This document shows positions 45,804 through 55,391 of a stretch of 64,000 bases of DNA, in pieces (positions within the stretch are counted from its first letter, which is position 1; each line of letters begins with the position of its first letter). Location: the IMG/VR virus record IMGVR_UViG_3300034122_002094. The stretch is one strand, 5' to 3'. A program made the translations under genes and the position numbers. Source of the DNA: a virus. Below the pieces are notes generated by a model, which did not search any database, was not told the origin of the DNA, and saw only the letters and a list, made by a program, of their open reading frames with translations.

Positions 45804-47552
45804 ATGATCATCAGCATCGACATGTTCATGACTCAGCCCGATCTGGATCGTCACGATCTGAAGGACGCCTCCGAGATCGGCTATGTGCTCCAGAAGAACC
45901 CTGCCAACACCCATACCAAGGATCTCTCGTTTGGCAAAGCCCACCTGATGTTCGACATGGTGACAAAGCCTGATTTCATTCAGGACTTTCGCTGCGCCGA
46001 CTACATCGAGCCTGGAGATCATCTGGGGCTCATGAGCTTCACGCTCATCCCTGTCATCGACGAGAACAAGATCGTGCGTGGTTCGGGCAGCTACAAGACT
46101 CACCCTCTGGAGGCGTTCGTCAACGACACCGCGTTCACATTCGGCACGCACACAGCCACAGCGCTGGTCAAGATGTTCTCGAAGACCATGAACCGTGGTG
46201 TCGAGCATCCTCTGGCCGATGCGATCTTCAACTTCGTGGTTGACATCAGCAACGTCGTCATCGAAGACGAGAGCGACGTTCGTTATCTGAGGAGTCTGTT
46301 CAACCATATGGGCGCGCTGGCTGTCAAAGATCCCGAGGGCGATCACGGCATCCATTACTCCTACCTCCACTTTCAGTCTGACGATCATGTCCATCGGACG
46401 CTGTACAGCCAGCGCGACAAAGCCGTCATGTTCGCCAAGGGTTCGCTCCCAGCGCATGGCCTGACAAACATGGTGCTTGAGTATCGTGGCACCACTGCTG
46501 ATCTGCTCTCGTTCGTGTATCTGCTCGGGCACCTGCTCGACAGGAACAAGCACTACTACATGGGCGCCGATGAGATGGAGCGCTTCGATCGGTTCTGTCG
46601 CCCTGTGTTGTTCCCGAGTCAGGAGCGTCTGGACGCGGTCTTCGGTCACGAGGGCAAGCGCTTTGTGGCGGATGTCATCCGCGAGAGCTGTGACAGGTTC
46701 TTCGCAGGCAACAAGCAGCTCGCCAATGCAGCGTTCGACTCCTTCTCTGACTACCTGGCCGTCAAAGCCGATGCAGAAGAGGTCGAGGAGGCCCCAAAGA
46801 GCTCTTCTGAGACCACCGAAGAGCTCTCCCTTCATGAGCGTCGGCACAAGGCGATCCTGTCGCTCCTGGACCGTGTGAAGCTGCCTCAGCCATACACCAT
46901 CGTCGATGCTGGCTGCTCGACTGGTCAGCTCATGAAGAAGCTCGCGAAGTGGGGCGAGGATCAGCCCAAGCGTCCGAACCTGATCGGCATTGATCCAGGA
47001 ATGAAGAACGTCGGCATCGTCAAGCGCAAGCTCGCGCGCACCGGAGCGCCCGGCGCTGTCTATCAGAGCTCGATTCGCCACCGCGACTCCCGGCTGCGCG
47101 ATCTGTGTGACGTCATGATCTTATCGGAGGTCATCGAGCACCTGGATCTGTCCGACGTCAGCCAGGCCATCGAGGTCATCAAGTGGTATGCTCCCGAGGT
47201 GCTGATCGTGACGACGCCCAACAAGGCATACAACTCTGTGCTGCATGAGAAGTATGCTGCTCCAGGCACCCCCAAGCGCGAGTTCCGTCACTGGGACCAT
47301 CGTTGGGAGATGGAGTTTGATGGTGAGATGTCGCCTCAGAAGTTCTGCGACATGATGCTCGCCCGCAGCAAGGCTGAGCCCGATCTGCCGCCTCTGTTTG
47401 AGGGCGTTCGCTTCGGCATGGTCGGTGATCCTGTTGCGATCAACGACAAAGCCCAGGCCGCCTCGTTCCTGTTCGTGTTCTTCACTCACCGTGCTGCACC
47501 CATGTTCGCCGGTGAGTCTGCTATCCTGTCTCTCAACCCCACCTGGAAGTGA
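45804..47552 (+). CDS. hen1: 3'-terminal RNA ribose 2'-O-methyltransferase Hen1
   Basis: N-terminal ligase-activating motif ASEIGYVLQKNP..FGKAH; methyltransferase motifs VDAGCSTG, QSSIRHRD.RL, EVIEHL, TTPNKAYN, FRHWDHRWE. Confidence 0.92.
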   Translation: MIISIDMFMTQPDLDRHDLKDASEIGYVLQKNPANTHTKDLSFGKAHLMFDMVTKPDFIQDFRCADYIEPGDHLGLMSFTLIPVIDENKIVRGSGSYKTHPLEAFVNDTAFTFGTHTATALVKMFSKTMNRGVEHPLADAIFNFVVDISNVVIEDESDVRYLRSLFNHMGALAVKDPEGDHGIHYSYLHFQSDDHVHRTLYSQRDKAVMFAKGSLPAHGLTNMVLEYRGTTADLLSFVYLLGHLLDRNKHYYMGADEMERFDRFCRPVLFPSQERLDAVFGHEGKRFVADVIRESCDRFFAGNKQLANAAFDSFSDYLAVKADAEEVEEAPKSSSETTEELSLHERRHKAILSLLDRVKLPQPYTIVDAGCSTGQLMKKLAKWGEDQPKRPNLIGIDPGMKNVGIVKRKLARTGAPGAVYQSSIRHRDSRLRDLCDVMILSEVIEHLDLSDVSQAIEVIKWYAPEVLIVTTPNKAYNSVLHEKYAAPGTPKREFRHWDHRWEMEFDGEMSPQKFCDMMLARSKAEPDLPPLFEGVRFGMVGDPVAINDKAQAASFLFVFFTHRAAPMFAGESAILSLNPTWK

Positions 47553-48877
47553 CCAACATGCTCGACATCAAGAACCTGCTGACCCCGAATCGCTTCACCA
47601 CTCCGAGCCCCATCGCTGGGGCCGCCCCCCTCGAATACCGCCTCACCGCCGACCAGCTTGAGAGCGCGTTCGAGCAGTTGGAGACCTCTGTCTGCAAGGA
47701 GTGCAGCTTCATCGCTCCCACCATCTCCCCGCCCGACACCTCTGATGCGACCCATTCGATGGGCTACCTGGAACACCCCAGGGATGTCTTCGCCTACTAC
47801 CGCGCCAAGCGTGTCGACTTCCTGTTCGCTCAGGAGAAACTCATGGGTTCGAGAGCGACGATCCTGGCTGTGCGCGATGAGCCAGAGAAGAGCCAGATCT
47901 GGAGCCGCTCTGGCAGGCCCTTCTTCGACCGCCAGACGACGACCGAGATCATGAAGGACGTGCTGGCAGACCTTCGCTACATGATGCCTCACAACTACGC
48001 CACATGCCTCCTTGATACTGAGGCGATGCCGTGGAGCCTCAAGTCTGGCAAGCTCGGCAACAAGGTCTTCCGTCGCTCGGCGCTGTCCGCCAAGAACTAC
48101 TACGATCGGCTGGCGTATCGCCTCGGGACTCAGGCCAAGTTTGTGGCAGCTCCCGATGGTGATGTCAAGCCATGTCTGTTTGATCCGCAAGACATCAACC
48201 AGCGTGAGCACAACGCATCTCAGATGCTCCAGCTCATCGACTGGTATCTGCCAGACAATCAGTCTGCTCTCAAGGACGCACAGTTCAACGTGTTAGACAT
48301 CCTCGCGATCTCGCTTGAGGGTGAAGGCGCTCCGGCAGACCACTACGAGGTGCAGCAGCCCGCCTTTAGCGTGCAGTTCATCATCAACCAGATGTCGATG
48401 CACAAGATGCGGCGTCTGGTGCCCGTCAAGACCCATCTGGTCGACCTCAATGACGAGGAGAGCTGTGAATATGTCACTGACAAGTGGCTTGCCTACACAG
48501 GCTGTGGTGGAGAAGGCTTTGTCTTCAAGACGCGAGAGTACAGGACCGACCCTGCGACCAAGCAGTTCATCATCCCGGCGATGAAGTGCCGTGGTCGTGA
48601 GTACATGCGCCTGACCTATGGTGTGAACTACACCGAGCCTGAAAGCTTCAAGCTGTTCAAGGGCCGCTCGACCGCCAGGAAGCGCATGTTGTCGGCTGTC
48701 GAGTATCAGCTTGCCCTCGGTGGTCTGCTGGCCCGCCAGCGCCTCTCTGACATCCAGTTCGAGGAGTGGTCAAGCGGCAACGAGCGAGAGCTTGAGTCTT
48801 TGGAGGACACGATGTACCTCTCGAAGCTCCATGTGCTCGCGTGTGAGCAAGACAAGAAGATCGACATCAGACTGTGA
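47549..48877 (+). CDS. stand-alone Pnkp-type RNA ligase (adenylyltransferase) domain
   Basis: APTISP, LEHP, motif I QEKLMGSR, SRSGRPFF, LDTEAMPWS, EGFVFK, KCRGREY, terminal DIRL; no kinase or phosphatase domain. Confidence 0.9.
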   Translation: MTNMLDIKNLLTPNRFTTPSPIAGAAPLEYRLTADQLESAFEQLETSVCKECSFIAPTISPPDTSDATHSMGYLEHPRDVFAYYRAKRVDFLFAQEKLMGSRATILAVRDEPEKSQIWSRSGRPFFDRQTTTEIMKDVLADLRYMMPHNYATCLLDTEAMPWSLKSGKLGNKVFRRSALSAKNYYDRLAYRLGTQAKFVAAPDGDVKPCLFDPQDINQREHNASQMLQLIDWYLPDNQSALKDAQFNVLDILAISLEGEGAPADHYEVQQPAFSVQFIINQMSMHKMRRLVPVKTHLVDLNDEESCEYVTDKWLAYTGCGGEGFVFKTREYRTDPATKQFIIPAMKCRGREYMRLTYGVNYTEPESFKLFKGRSTARKRMLSAVEYQLALGGLLARQRLSDIQFEEWSSGNERELESLEDTMYLSKLHVLACEQDKKIDIRL

Positions 48878-48884
48878 GGTTGCT

Positions 48885-49199
48885 ATGGCAGAGGGCGGAT
48901 TCTTCCTGATCTTCAATATCGAAGGCGTCTACAAATACACAGACGGCGATTATCACGGCACGAAAGTGAAACCCCGCATCTTCGACAACTACGAAGAAGC
49001 CTATCATGCTTGCATGACATGGGGCGGGATCAGACTGAGTGACTATGAAAAATCCAAGTCATCCCGGTTCATCGCTCGCGTTGGCGAAAAGGTCTGCGCC
49101 GAGTTCGTTGACAAGGAGGGCCGTCGCATCGTATGGTCAGATCATCCTGGCTTCCCTGCGACGGCTGGATATGGCGAATCAGCGATGAGGATCAAGTGA
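48885..49199 (+). CDS. hypothetical protein
   Basis: GAGGT RBS. Confidence 0.75.
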   Translation: MAEGGFFLIFNIEGVYKYTDGDYHGTKVKPRIFDNYEEAYHACMTWGGIRLSDYEKSKSSRFIARVGEKVCAEFVDKEGRRIVWSDHPGFPATAGYGESAMRIK

Positions 49200-49786
49200 T
49201 CGACAAGCTACTACCCAAGACATTCCGAAGACTTACGACGCCAGCCGATGAACAGCTCTACATCGGTTTGGTGCCACCCACCGATCTGTGGTCGACCAAG
49301 TTCCAGTGGATCCTGCTGGAGTACGGTCGGCTGCTCATGCAGTCCTTGCAATCGCAGGGACACAACGTCAAGTGGGCACCCTTCAAGCTGCACGATCTCG
49401 ATGGCGTGATGATCAACTTCCGAGATCAGAACAACGTGCGCTACCTCTATGTCGCTCAGCAGACCGACCTCTTCAATGCGGAGAACAAGGTCTACTCGGA
49501 GACCCGTCGCGTTCAGAAGTGTGACCGCAAGAACAGAAAGACCAAGAAGGTGGCCGAGTACGCTCGCGTCATCCTTGAGGGTCGTATTCTGCGGCTGGTT
49601 GGCCTGAACCTCGGGGAAGACTACGACGTGAACGTCTACCAGAGCGAGGGTGGTAAGCCCTACATCATGATCGTCCCTGGCGCGACGATGTCCGTGAATA
49701 TCAAAGAGGTCCTCGCCGAAGAGATCGAGGATGATGAAGACGAGTGGATCGAGCTCCCAGCCAAGAAGACAAAGGACGAAGAATGA
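49196..49786 (+). CDS. hypothetical protein
   Basis: GTGA coupling; GAGGA RBS. Confidence 0.75.
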   Translation: MIDKLLPKTFRRLTTPADEQLYIGLVPPTDLWSTKFQWILLEYGRLLMQSLQSQGHNVKWAPFKLHDLDGVMINFRDQNNVRYLYVAQQTDLFNAENKVYSETRRVQKCDRKNRKTKKVAEYARVILEGRILRLVGLNLGEDYDVNVYQSEGGKPYIMIVPGATMSVNIKEVLAEEIEDDEDEWIELPAKKTKDEE

Positions 49787-50493
49787 GCGCCATCTCCCAG
49801 ACAACCACCGCTCAGGCGGTCAGGATCATCCATAAGATGCTCAAGCTCGCCTCACTCCAGGAAGGTGGCGAGGATTATGCGAAGATGGTCGACGGCTTGG
49901 TTCAGATCAAGGTCAACCTTCATGTCAAAGACATGACGCAGACAACAAGCTATGGTGTGTTCGCTCAGCAGGGGCGCGACATCACGCTCAGTCATCCTAC
50001 GACCCACGTCGACTGCGGCGAGGTGTTCGTCAAGGTCATTGAGCTGACCAACATCTCTGGGGCAAAGCACAAGATTTCGCTCGATCCCAAGCTGAACTTC
50101 AGGGTGACGCCTCTGGGGGTAGGCTGCTGGACAGCGACGCTCGCTGAGCTGCTGGCTGTGGATGAGGCCTCGATCGAGGCAAAGATCCAGCTCCTTGAGG
50201 CCAAGGCGGTGGTAGCCTCCACCAGCATCGAGAAGATCGACCTCGACTCCAAGATGAAGCAGGCTGCGATGCAGGCGTGGTGCAAGAGCATCGAGCCTGA
50301 GATCGTGCAGATCATCGAGCAGACCGTGCCCAAGCGCCAGTTCAGCCCACAGGCTGCTGCCGACTATGCCAAAGCCTGGTGCTTCGAGCAGCTCAGCGTC
50401 CCCGGCTGGAAACCAGTTGACATCAGGGCAGAGCAGATGCTAGGCATCACAGAAGGCTACCGCAAGTGGGTTATCCCAAGTTATTTTCGGTAG
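49783..50493 (+). CDS. hypothetical protein
   Basis: ATGA coupling. Confidence 0.8.
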   Translation: MSAISQTTTAQAVRIIHKMLKLASLQEGGEDYAKMVDGLVQIKVNLHVKDMTQTTSYGVFAQQGRDITLSHPTTHVDCGEVFVKVIELTNISGAKHKISLDPKLNFRVTPLGVGCWTATLAELLAVDEASIEAKIQLLEAKAVVASTSIEKIDLDSKMKQAAMQAWCKSIEPEIVQIIEQTVPKRQFSPQAAADYAKAWCFEQLSVPGWKPVDIRAEQMLGITEGYRKWVIPSYFR

Positions 50494-50570
50494 CGCTTGC
50501 TTTTTATGAACAACATCAAATACCTGGATCAGATTGTTGGTCTGGGTATTTTTTTAGTGACGAGGCAAAA

Positions 50571-51383
50571 ATGTACAAGATCAAGGACCAGTGGGCGCAA
50601 GTACGCTGGATGGACGTCCCGATCCTCTACTTCGACTTCGAGACGACGTCGCTGCTTGAGGACGAAGATGATCCCGAGAGCCTGGATGAGCAGGATGTGA
50701 AAGACTGGCTGACTCGTAACGAGGCGTGTCACGTCGTGCAGGTCGCTGCTGACCTCTACCATCGGGGCGAGCTCATCGCTTCTGTCTATGAGTACGTCAA
50801 GCCGAGCCTCCCTGAGTTCTATGACATTCCGCCCGAGGCGTCAGCCATTCACGGCATCACCCGCCCAATGATCGAGGGAGAGGACGTCAAGACCTTTGAA
50901 CAGGTCTGGGAAGTCTTCGGTGAGCTCATCGGCATGGCTGGTTGCTGCGTGGCCTACAACGGCCTTGGCTTCGACAAGAAGGTGCTGGAGCTTGAGTTTG
51001 CCAGGATGACAGGCAACTTCCGCAAGTTCAACGTCCCGCTCCTCGATCCGATGATCTGGAACAAGATGAAGAACAAGAAGGGTAAGAGCCGCAACAGCGT
51101 GAAGCTCATCGACGCTGCCAAGGACCGTGGCTGCGCCCATGCGCGTCGTGTTGTCCAGGGCCATGAGAAAGCCCACAACGCCAAGGTCGACATCGACATG
51201 CTGCGAGAGGTCACAGTGGCGATGTCTGTCAGCGACATCCACACCTGGACGCTGCAAGACACTATTGAGAAGCAGACAGAGTATCGCGCTCAGCTCCTCG
51301 CCTCCTCGACGAACGAGAAGAAGAAGCGCAAAGACCAGGCTGCAAAGAAGAAGGCCCGCAACGAGGCAAAGAAGGCAACATGA
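50571..51383 (+). CDS. DEDDh 3'-5' exonuclease (DNA Pol III epsilon-like)
   Basis: DFETT, IHGIT, AYNGLGFD, AHNAKVD. Confidence 0.9.
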   Translation: MYKIKDQWAQVRWMDVPILYFDFETTSLLEDEDDPESLDEQDVKDWLTRNEACHVVQVAADLYHRGELIASVYEYVKPSLPEFYDIPPEASAIHGITRPMIEGEDVKTFEQVWEVFGELIGMAGCCVAYNGLGFDKKVLELEFARMTGNFRKFNVPLLDPMIWNKMKNKKGKSRNSVKLIDAAKDRGCAHARRVVQGHEKAHNAKVDIDMLREVTVAMSVSDIHTWTLQDTIEKQTEYRAQLLASSTNEKKKRKDQAAKKKARNEAKKAT

Positions 51384-51736
51384 CCGACATCATCGTGCGA
51401 GTCCCCAAGAAAGAGGTCGACCACTTCTGGGAAGACACCCTTCACGCTTATGAGTTCTGGGCTCTTGGCAGAACACCTGAGCACCTCAGCCCAGGTGACT
51501 TCATCTGGTTTCAGATCGATGACAAGATCGTCGCCCGAGCGCCAGTAGACAGCATCGACAGTCTGTCTAAAAATCTCGTTGACAAAAAAGAAGAGTCGGT
51601 GCAGACTATTACCTGTGAAACGACGGGCCGCTCTTATAGTGGCTGCATCGTCATGTGGCGCTCAGAGAGCTTCGAGCAGCTCAATACGCCACTTCCTGGC
51701 ACAAACCTCAAGCGTGGCTTTTGCTACAAGAAGTAG
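51380..51736 (+). CDS. hypothetical protein (possible PUA/EVE-like fold)
   Basis: FW...RTP.HLSPGDFIWF pattern; ATGA coupling. Confidence 0.6.
   Translation: MTDIIVRVPKKEVDHFWEDTLHAYEFWALGRTPEHLSPGDFIWFQIDDKIVARAPVDSIDSLSKNLVDKKEESVQTITCETTGRSYSGCIVMWRSESFEQLNTPLPGTNLKRGFCYKK
51579..51607 (+). promoter_or_regulatory. class P-like promoter inside a CDS
   Basis: CTAAAAATCTCG-TTGACA-17-CAGACT. Confidence 0.55.
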
Positions 51737-51738
51737 AT

Positions 51739-52698
51739 ATGGCAAAGATTACAACGACAAAGACAAAGCAGCCGCGACGCAAGAAAGACAAATACTACAC
51801 CGAGGTCTTGACTGACTCGGTGGTGTTCTTTGGTCTGGCTCACGAGCTTGAGCGCATGGTTGTTGACTGCGAGCTCGGTGATACGCGGCGGACAGTCTTT
51901 GTGGAGCCGTGTGCTGGCGGTGGTGCGATGGCAGTTAGCCTCCAGAAGATCCTCACTCGCATCGAGGATCGTCTGGATCGTACCGACTTCAACTTCAAGA
52001 AGCTCCCTGTTCGCCTGGTCTCCTACGACATCGAGCCCACCGGTCCAGGCATCATCACCCAGGATCTGTGGCGGCTGACGCCTGAACAGGTGCTCATGGA
52101 CGCAGGCCTCGCCAAGACCGACCTTCGCAAGATCGTGTTCTACTCCAACCCGCCGTTCCAGATCATCCCCAATCCTCCTGTGCCAGAGCACGTCAAGAAG
52201 AAGACCGTCAACGTCATGGCCGCGCTCGATGAGCTGCTGTTCAAGCTCGCACAGTTTGATCGTGACATGGCCATCGACCTCCACGACAATCACGGCCAGA
52301 TCCGGAATGAGCCGAGCAGCATCAACATGCTGCTCAGACTCACTCAGCTTGAGCTCACCGAGAAGGCGATCGTGATGAACTCTCTGCTGGAGCGTCTCTG
52401 CGTGCTCAAGCGCATCTCGTTCACTGGCGATGGTCACAATGACATGGCGACTACCGCATGGTTCGGCTGGAACACTGTCTGGCTTCAGCAGCTCTGGGAC
52501 GAGCTGATGAAAGACGTTCGACTGCCTGACGGCACAAGCGAAGCAGACGTCCTGCGCTCCCAGTGGGAGAAGTTCTCGAAGACGTGGCACTCAACAGCGA
52601 CAGTCGGACTCATGACCCCGTTCATCCATCCCGATCGATTCGTCAACTTCGATCTCGACAAAGAGATCGACATCATTCTCGGCATCAGCAATGATTGA
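51739..52698 (+). CDS. putative amino-DNA methyltransferase (N6-adenine type)
   Basis: DKYYT, EPCAGGG, DIEP, SNPPF. Confidence 0.75.
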   Translation: MAKITTTKTKQPRRKKDKYYTEVLTDSVVFFGLAHELERMVVDCELGDTRRTVFVEPCAGGGAMAVSLQKILTRIEDRLDRTDFNFKKLPVRLVSYDIEPTGPGIITQDLWRLTPEQVLMDAGLAKTDLRKIVFYSNPPFQIIPNPPVPEHVKKKTVNVMAALDELLFKLAQFDRDMAIDLHDNHGQIRNEPSSINMLLRLTQLELTEKAIVMNSLLERLCVLKRISFTGDGHNDMATTAWFGWNTVWLQQLWDELMKDVRLPDGTSEADVLRSQWEKFSKTWHSTATVGLMTPFIHPDRFVNFDLDKEIDIILGISND

Positions 52699-53122
52699 CA
52701 CAAGCCAGGCCCTCGGCCTCTTCAACACCACAGTCAACAGGCTCTTCAAGAGAATGAGAGACATCGAGGCCAGTCCTGGCATCGAACAGGATCTCGTTGA
52801 GCTGCTCACACGGTGCATCGTTGAGCACTACAAGCAGCAGCCGGATAATCTGCTGGCCATCGTGAAGGACACCAGCAACACTGTCGATGAGCGCTCAGCA
52901 GCAGCCTATCACCTCTCTGCTCTTGTCAGAGAGGCTCCCGAGCTTCGCCCCCTGCTCTCAAAGGTCGTCGATCCTGACGCGCCCATCGGGGACGTTCAGA
53001 TCCGCTTCATGTTCGCCTCTGGCCTCTACCGCTATGGCTTCTATCAGGAGCTCAAGCAGTTCGAGAATGACCCATCCATCATCGTGCGCGGCGTCGCAAC
53101 GGAGTTCGTCACCAATGTCTAA
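52691..53122 (+). CDS. hypothetical protein (HEAT-like helical)
   Basis: Overlapping start; ND.S..VR..A motif. Confidence 0.7.
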   Translation: MIDTSQALGLFNTTVNRLFKRMRDIEASPGIEQDLVELLTRCIVEHYKQQPDNLLAIVKDTSNTVDERSAAAYHLSALVREAPELRPLLSKVVDPDAPIGDVQIRFMFASGLYRYGFYQELKQFENDPSIIVRGVATEFVTNV

Positions 53123-53417
53123 TCTCATCAACAAGACCATCCCTGTCACAAGCCTCGTCTCTGCTGCGCGTGAGCTCGTCAAGCCCACCAATGGTCAAAC
53201 CCTCCTGGAGCGCGAGTACGATCTGCTGGCTCGCCGCTCCCGTCGTGGCGACAAGCGCCTGAGCCTCAAGGTCGAGTTCCTCGACGGCGACGTCATCAAC
53301 CCCGAGCTCAGCGACGAAGAGTCGGTCACGATCGTCTCCTCGTACCACGATGCCAAGAGTGGCGAGCATCTCGTGACCATGCAGCACAGCACAACTGGCA
53401 CTCGCTATGTTCGATAG
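53115..53417 (+). CDS. hypothetical protein
   Basis: GGAG RBS. Confidence 0.7.
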   Translation: MSNLINKTIPVTSLVSAARELVKPTNGQTLLEREYDLLARRSRRGDKRLSLKVEFLDGDVINPELSDEESVTIVSSYHDAKSGEHLVTMQHSTTGTRYVR

Positions 53418-53682
53418 ATACAAGCGATGGCGGATGATCAGGCGCCTCAAAAAGCGCTGGAAGACCAGCGACGACGAGCTCATCGAGATGGAGCCGTATA
53501 TCTTTATGATCATCGCCACGCTCTTCTTCATCGCCTTCTGGTTCGGCATGATCATGATCGTGGCTTCTCAACCGAAGCGCAGCATCGCACCCGCAACCCC
53601 AAAAGCATCAGGAGCAGACGCATGTCTGATGACACCTCAGTCCGATCTCTCGCCGTCTTCGGCATCGTTGTGTCAACCATAA
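53407..53682 (+). CDS. small membrane protein
   Basis: Hydrophobic helix IFMIIATLFFIAFWFGMIMIV. Confidence 0.65.
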   Translation: MFDRYKRWRMIRRLKKRWKTSDDELIEMEPYIFMIIATLFFIAFWFGMIMIVASQPKRSIAPATPKASGADACLMTPQSDLSPSSASLCQP

Positions 53683-53957
53683 GCATTGCGGCTATCATGG
53701 GTTTTCTGCTGACCATACAGGTGGCTGACTGGTACGCCCAAAGACCATCCACACTCATTCAGCCGATCGAGCCCACGGATCCTGTCAAGGGTACGGCCTG
53801 TGTCGTCCTCAGTGAGGCTGACATGATGGCTGGCAGGACGATGGCCAAGATGCAGCCCTACTTCGACCAGAACCTGGAGACCTGCCTCGCGCTCTACCGG
53901 CCCAACACAGCAGACTACCTTGTCTGCTTCTGCGAACAAAAGACAGCGAGGCCATGA
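53622..53957 (+). CDS. membrane-anchored protein
   Basis: AGGAG RBS; N-terminal TM helix. Confidence 0.7.
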   Translation: MSDDTSVRSLAVFGIVVSTISIAAIMGFLLTIQVADWYAQRPSTLIQPIEPTDPVKGTACVVLSEADMMAGRTMAKMQPYFDQNLETCLALYRPNTADYLVCFCEQKTARP

Positions 53958-54035
53958 TAGAACAAGGCAAAGCGGCTCTTGATGATGGTCTGCTTTGCCT
54001 TTATTCCAATGCAACCAATGACTTGTGAGGTCGGT

Positions 54036-54548
54036 TTGCCGACATTTTATCTGCTGTTTCTGCTGAGCTTCTTTGAACCATCCCTCACACAGCCCGAGCG
54101 GCTCACCCCAGAAGGTATCGCTCGGGCTGTGTCGTATCATGCCTCTGTGAGCGCCGCAGCTCGACGCTGGGACGTTCCTGAGTGGGTCTTGATGGGAGTG
54201 CTGTATGCCGAGACAAACGCGCTTCCAATCGTCTCCAAGAGCGGCAAAGACTGGGGTGTGATGCAGATCCGTTGCAGGGTCTGGATCAAACTCCTCAAAA
54301 AAGAATCACTAATTTCTAGTTGCGAAGATTTAAGAGACACTCATAATGGAATCATGGCTGGCGCTTATGTGCTGGCTCATGTAAGATCCGTCTCGCGCAA
54401 CAAGAGCTGGCCTTACATCCTGACGCTGTACAGACACGGCTATCGAGGGCCGAAGGTCAACAAAGGCTACGTCTCTCGGGTCTACTTCTACGGCAAGACC
54501 ATCATGGCCCACAACATCTACCGCCAAACTCCGTGGTGCAAAATATGA
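54036..54548 (+). CDS. lytic transglycosylase (SLT domain) with N-terminal hydrophobic segment
   Basis: VLMGVLYAET (catalytic E), DWGVMQI, GAYVL, Y..G....YV.RV; start uncertain. Confidence 0.85.
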   Translation: MPTFYLLFLLSFFEPSLTQPERLTPEGIARAVSYHASVSAAARRWDVPEWVLMGVLYAETNALPIVSKSGKDWGVMQIRCRVWIKLLKKESLISSCEDLRDTHNGIMAGAYVLAHVRSVSRNKSWPYILTLYRHGYRGPKVNKGYVSRVYFYGKTIMAHNIYRQTPWCKI

Positions 54549-55084
54549 TCGATCGTCCAAAGCTCTCTACGTTTACAAAGCCAGGCCGCTACTTCATCGG
54601 CGATCCATGTCAGGTCCTCAATGCGCTGACGCCCGAGCAGCAAGCAGAAGGCTTGTTCAGGACCAAGGAGTGGGGCGAGCTGCTTGAGCTGGTATTCACA
54701 GCCAACGGTGATCCTGTGCTGAGCGGCACCGACTTTGTCGGCAAGCCCTCTCGCTACGACAAGTCGGTCATCTTCGCTGTGTGTGTCGGCGAGGATGGAG
54801 CCTATCAAGATGAGCAGGGCAGCCAATACCTGGTTGACAGCGGCCTGCTGGCCGTGGTACACGAGTCCCTGTGGTCGGATGGCTGCGTCCTTGAGGTCAA
54901 GTACGGCTCAGAGGATGCGCTGAAGGGTGAGATGGTCGTCGGCAAGATCATCGAGCTGACCGACGAGAGCGGTTATTTGAGCGTCGGTCTTCGTAAGAAC
55001 CGATGCGAGTTCTATGTCAATGACGGGCAAGACCTGCCAATCCACATCAACGTGGCGCCGGATCGCTACGACAACGGAGAGTGA
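54545..55084 (+). CDS. hypothetical phage protein
   Basis: GRYFIGDPC..DG.Y.D..G..Y.VDSG. Confidence 0.8.
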   Translation: MIDRPKLSTFTKPGRYFIGDPCQVLNALTPEQQAEGLFRTKEWGELLELVFTANGDPVLSGTDFVGKPSRYDKSVIFAVCVGEDGAYQDEQGSQYLVDSGLLAVVHESLWSDGCVLEVKYGSEDALKGEMVVGKIIELTDESGYLSVGLRKNRCEFYVNDGQDLPIHINVAPDRYDNGE

Positions 55085-55085
55085 A

Positions 55086-55391
55086 GTGAAGATTGTAGAC
55101 AACAACAAAGGAAGCGGGCAGGATAGCCTGGTGCTCAACGTCTCCTCCCAGATCGCAAGCCAGGTTCAGAAGACGCCTGGTATCGAGGCCGTCGAGCTCA
55201 AGAAGCTCTGCTCATCGTACATGATGACGCTGCCTGTCGAGAGCACGATGATCAAGGACATGATCTGGGCGCAGGCCATCAGCCATGCCACTGTCAACCG
55301 CCAGATCATCCTGTCCGATGACTGTCGCTATTACCCGGCCAACCCTGCTCCGGGTGAGATCCACGTCTTCATCAAGAACGGAGTGTGCTGA
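55086..55391 (+). CDS. hypothetical protein
   Basis: GGAG RBS; GTG start. Confidence 0.65.
   Translation: MKIVDNNKGSGQDSLVLNVSSQIASQVQKTPGIEAVELKKLCSSYMMTLPVESTMIKDMIWAQAISHATVNRQIILSDDCRYYPANPAPGEIHVFIKNGVC

Noticed and set aside
53407-54548. Holin/spanin/endolysin lysis cassette
   Set aside because: Membrane ORFs next to the SLT are suggestive, but no spanin lipoprotein pair or holin family is recognisable.
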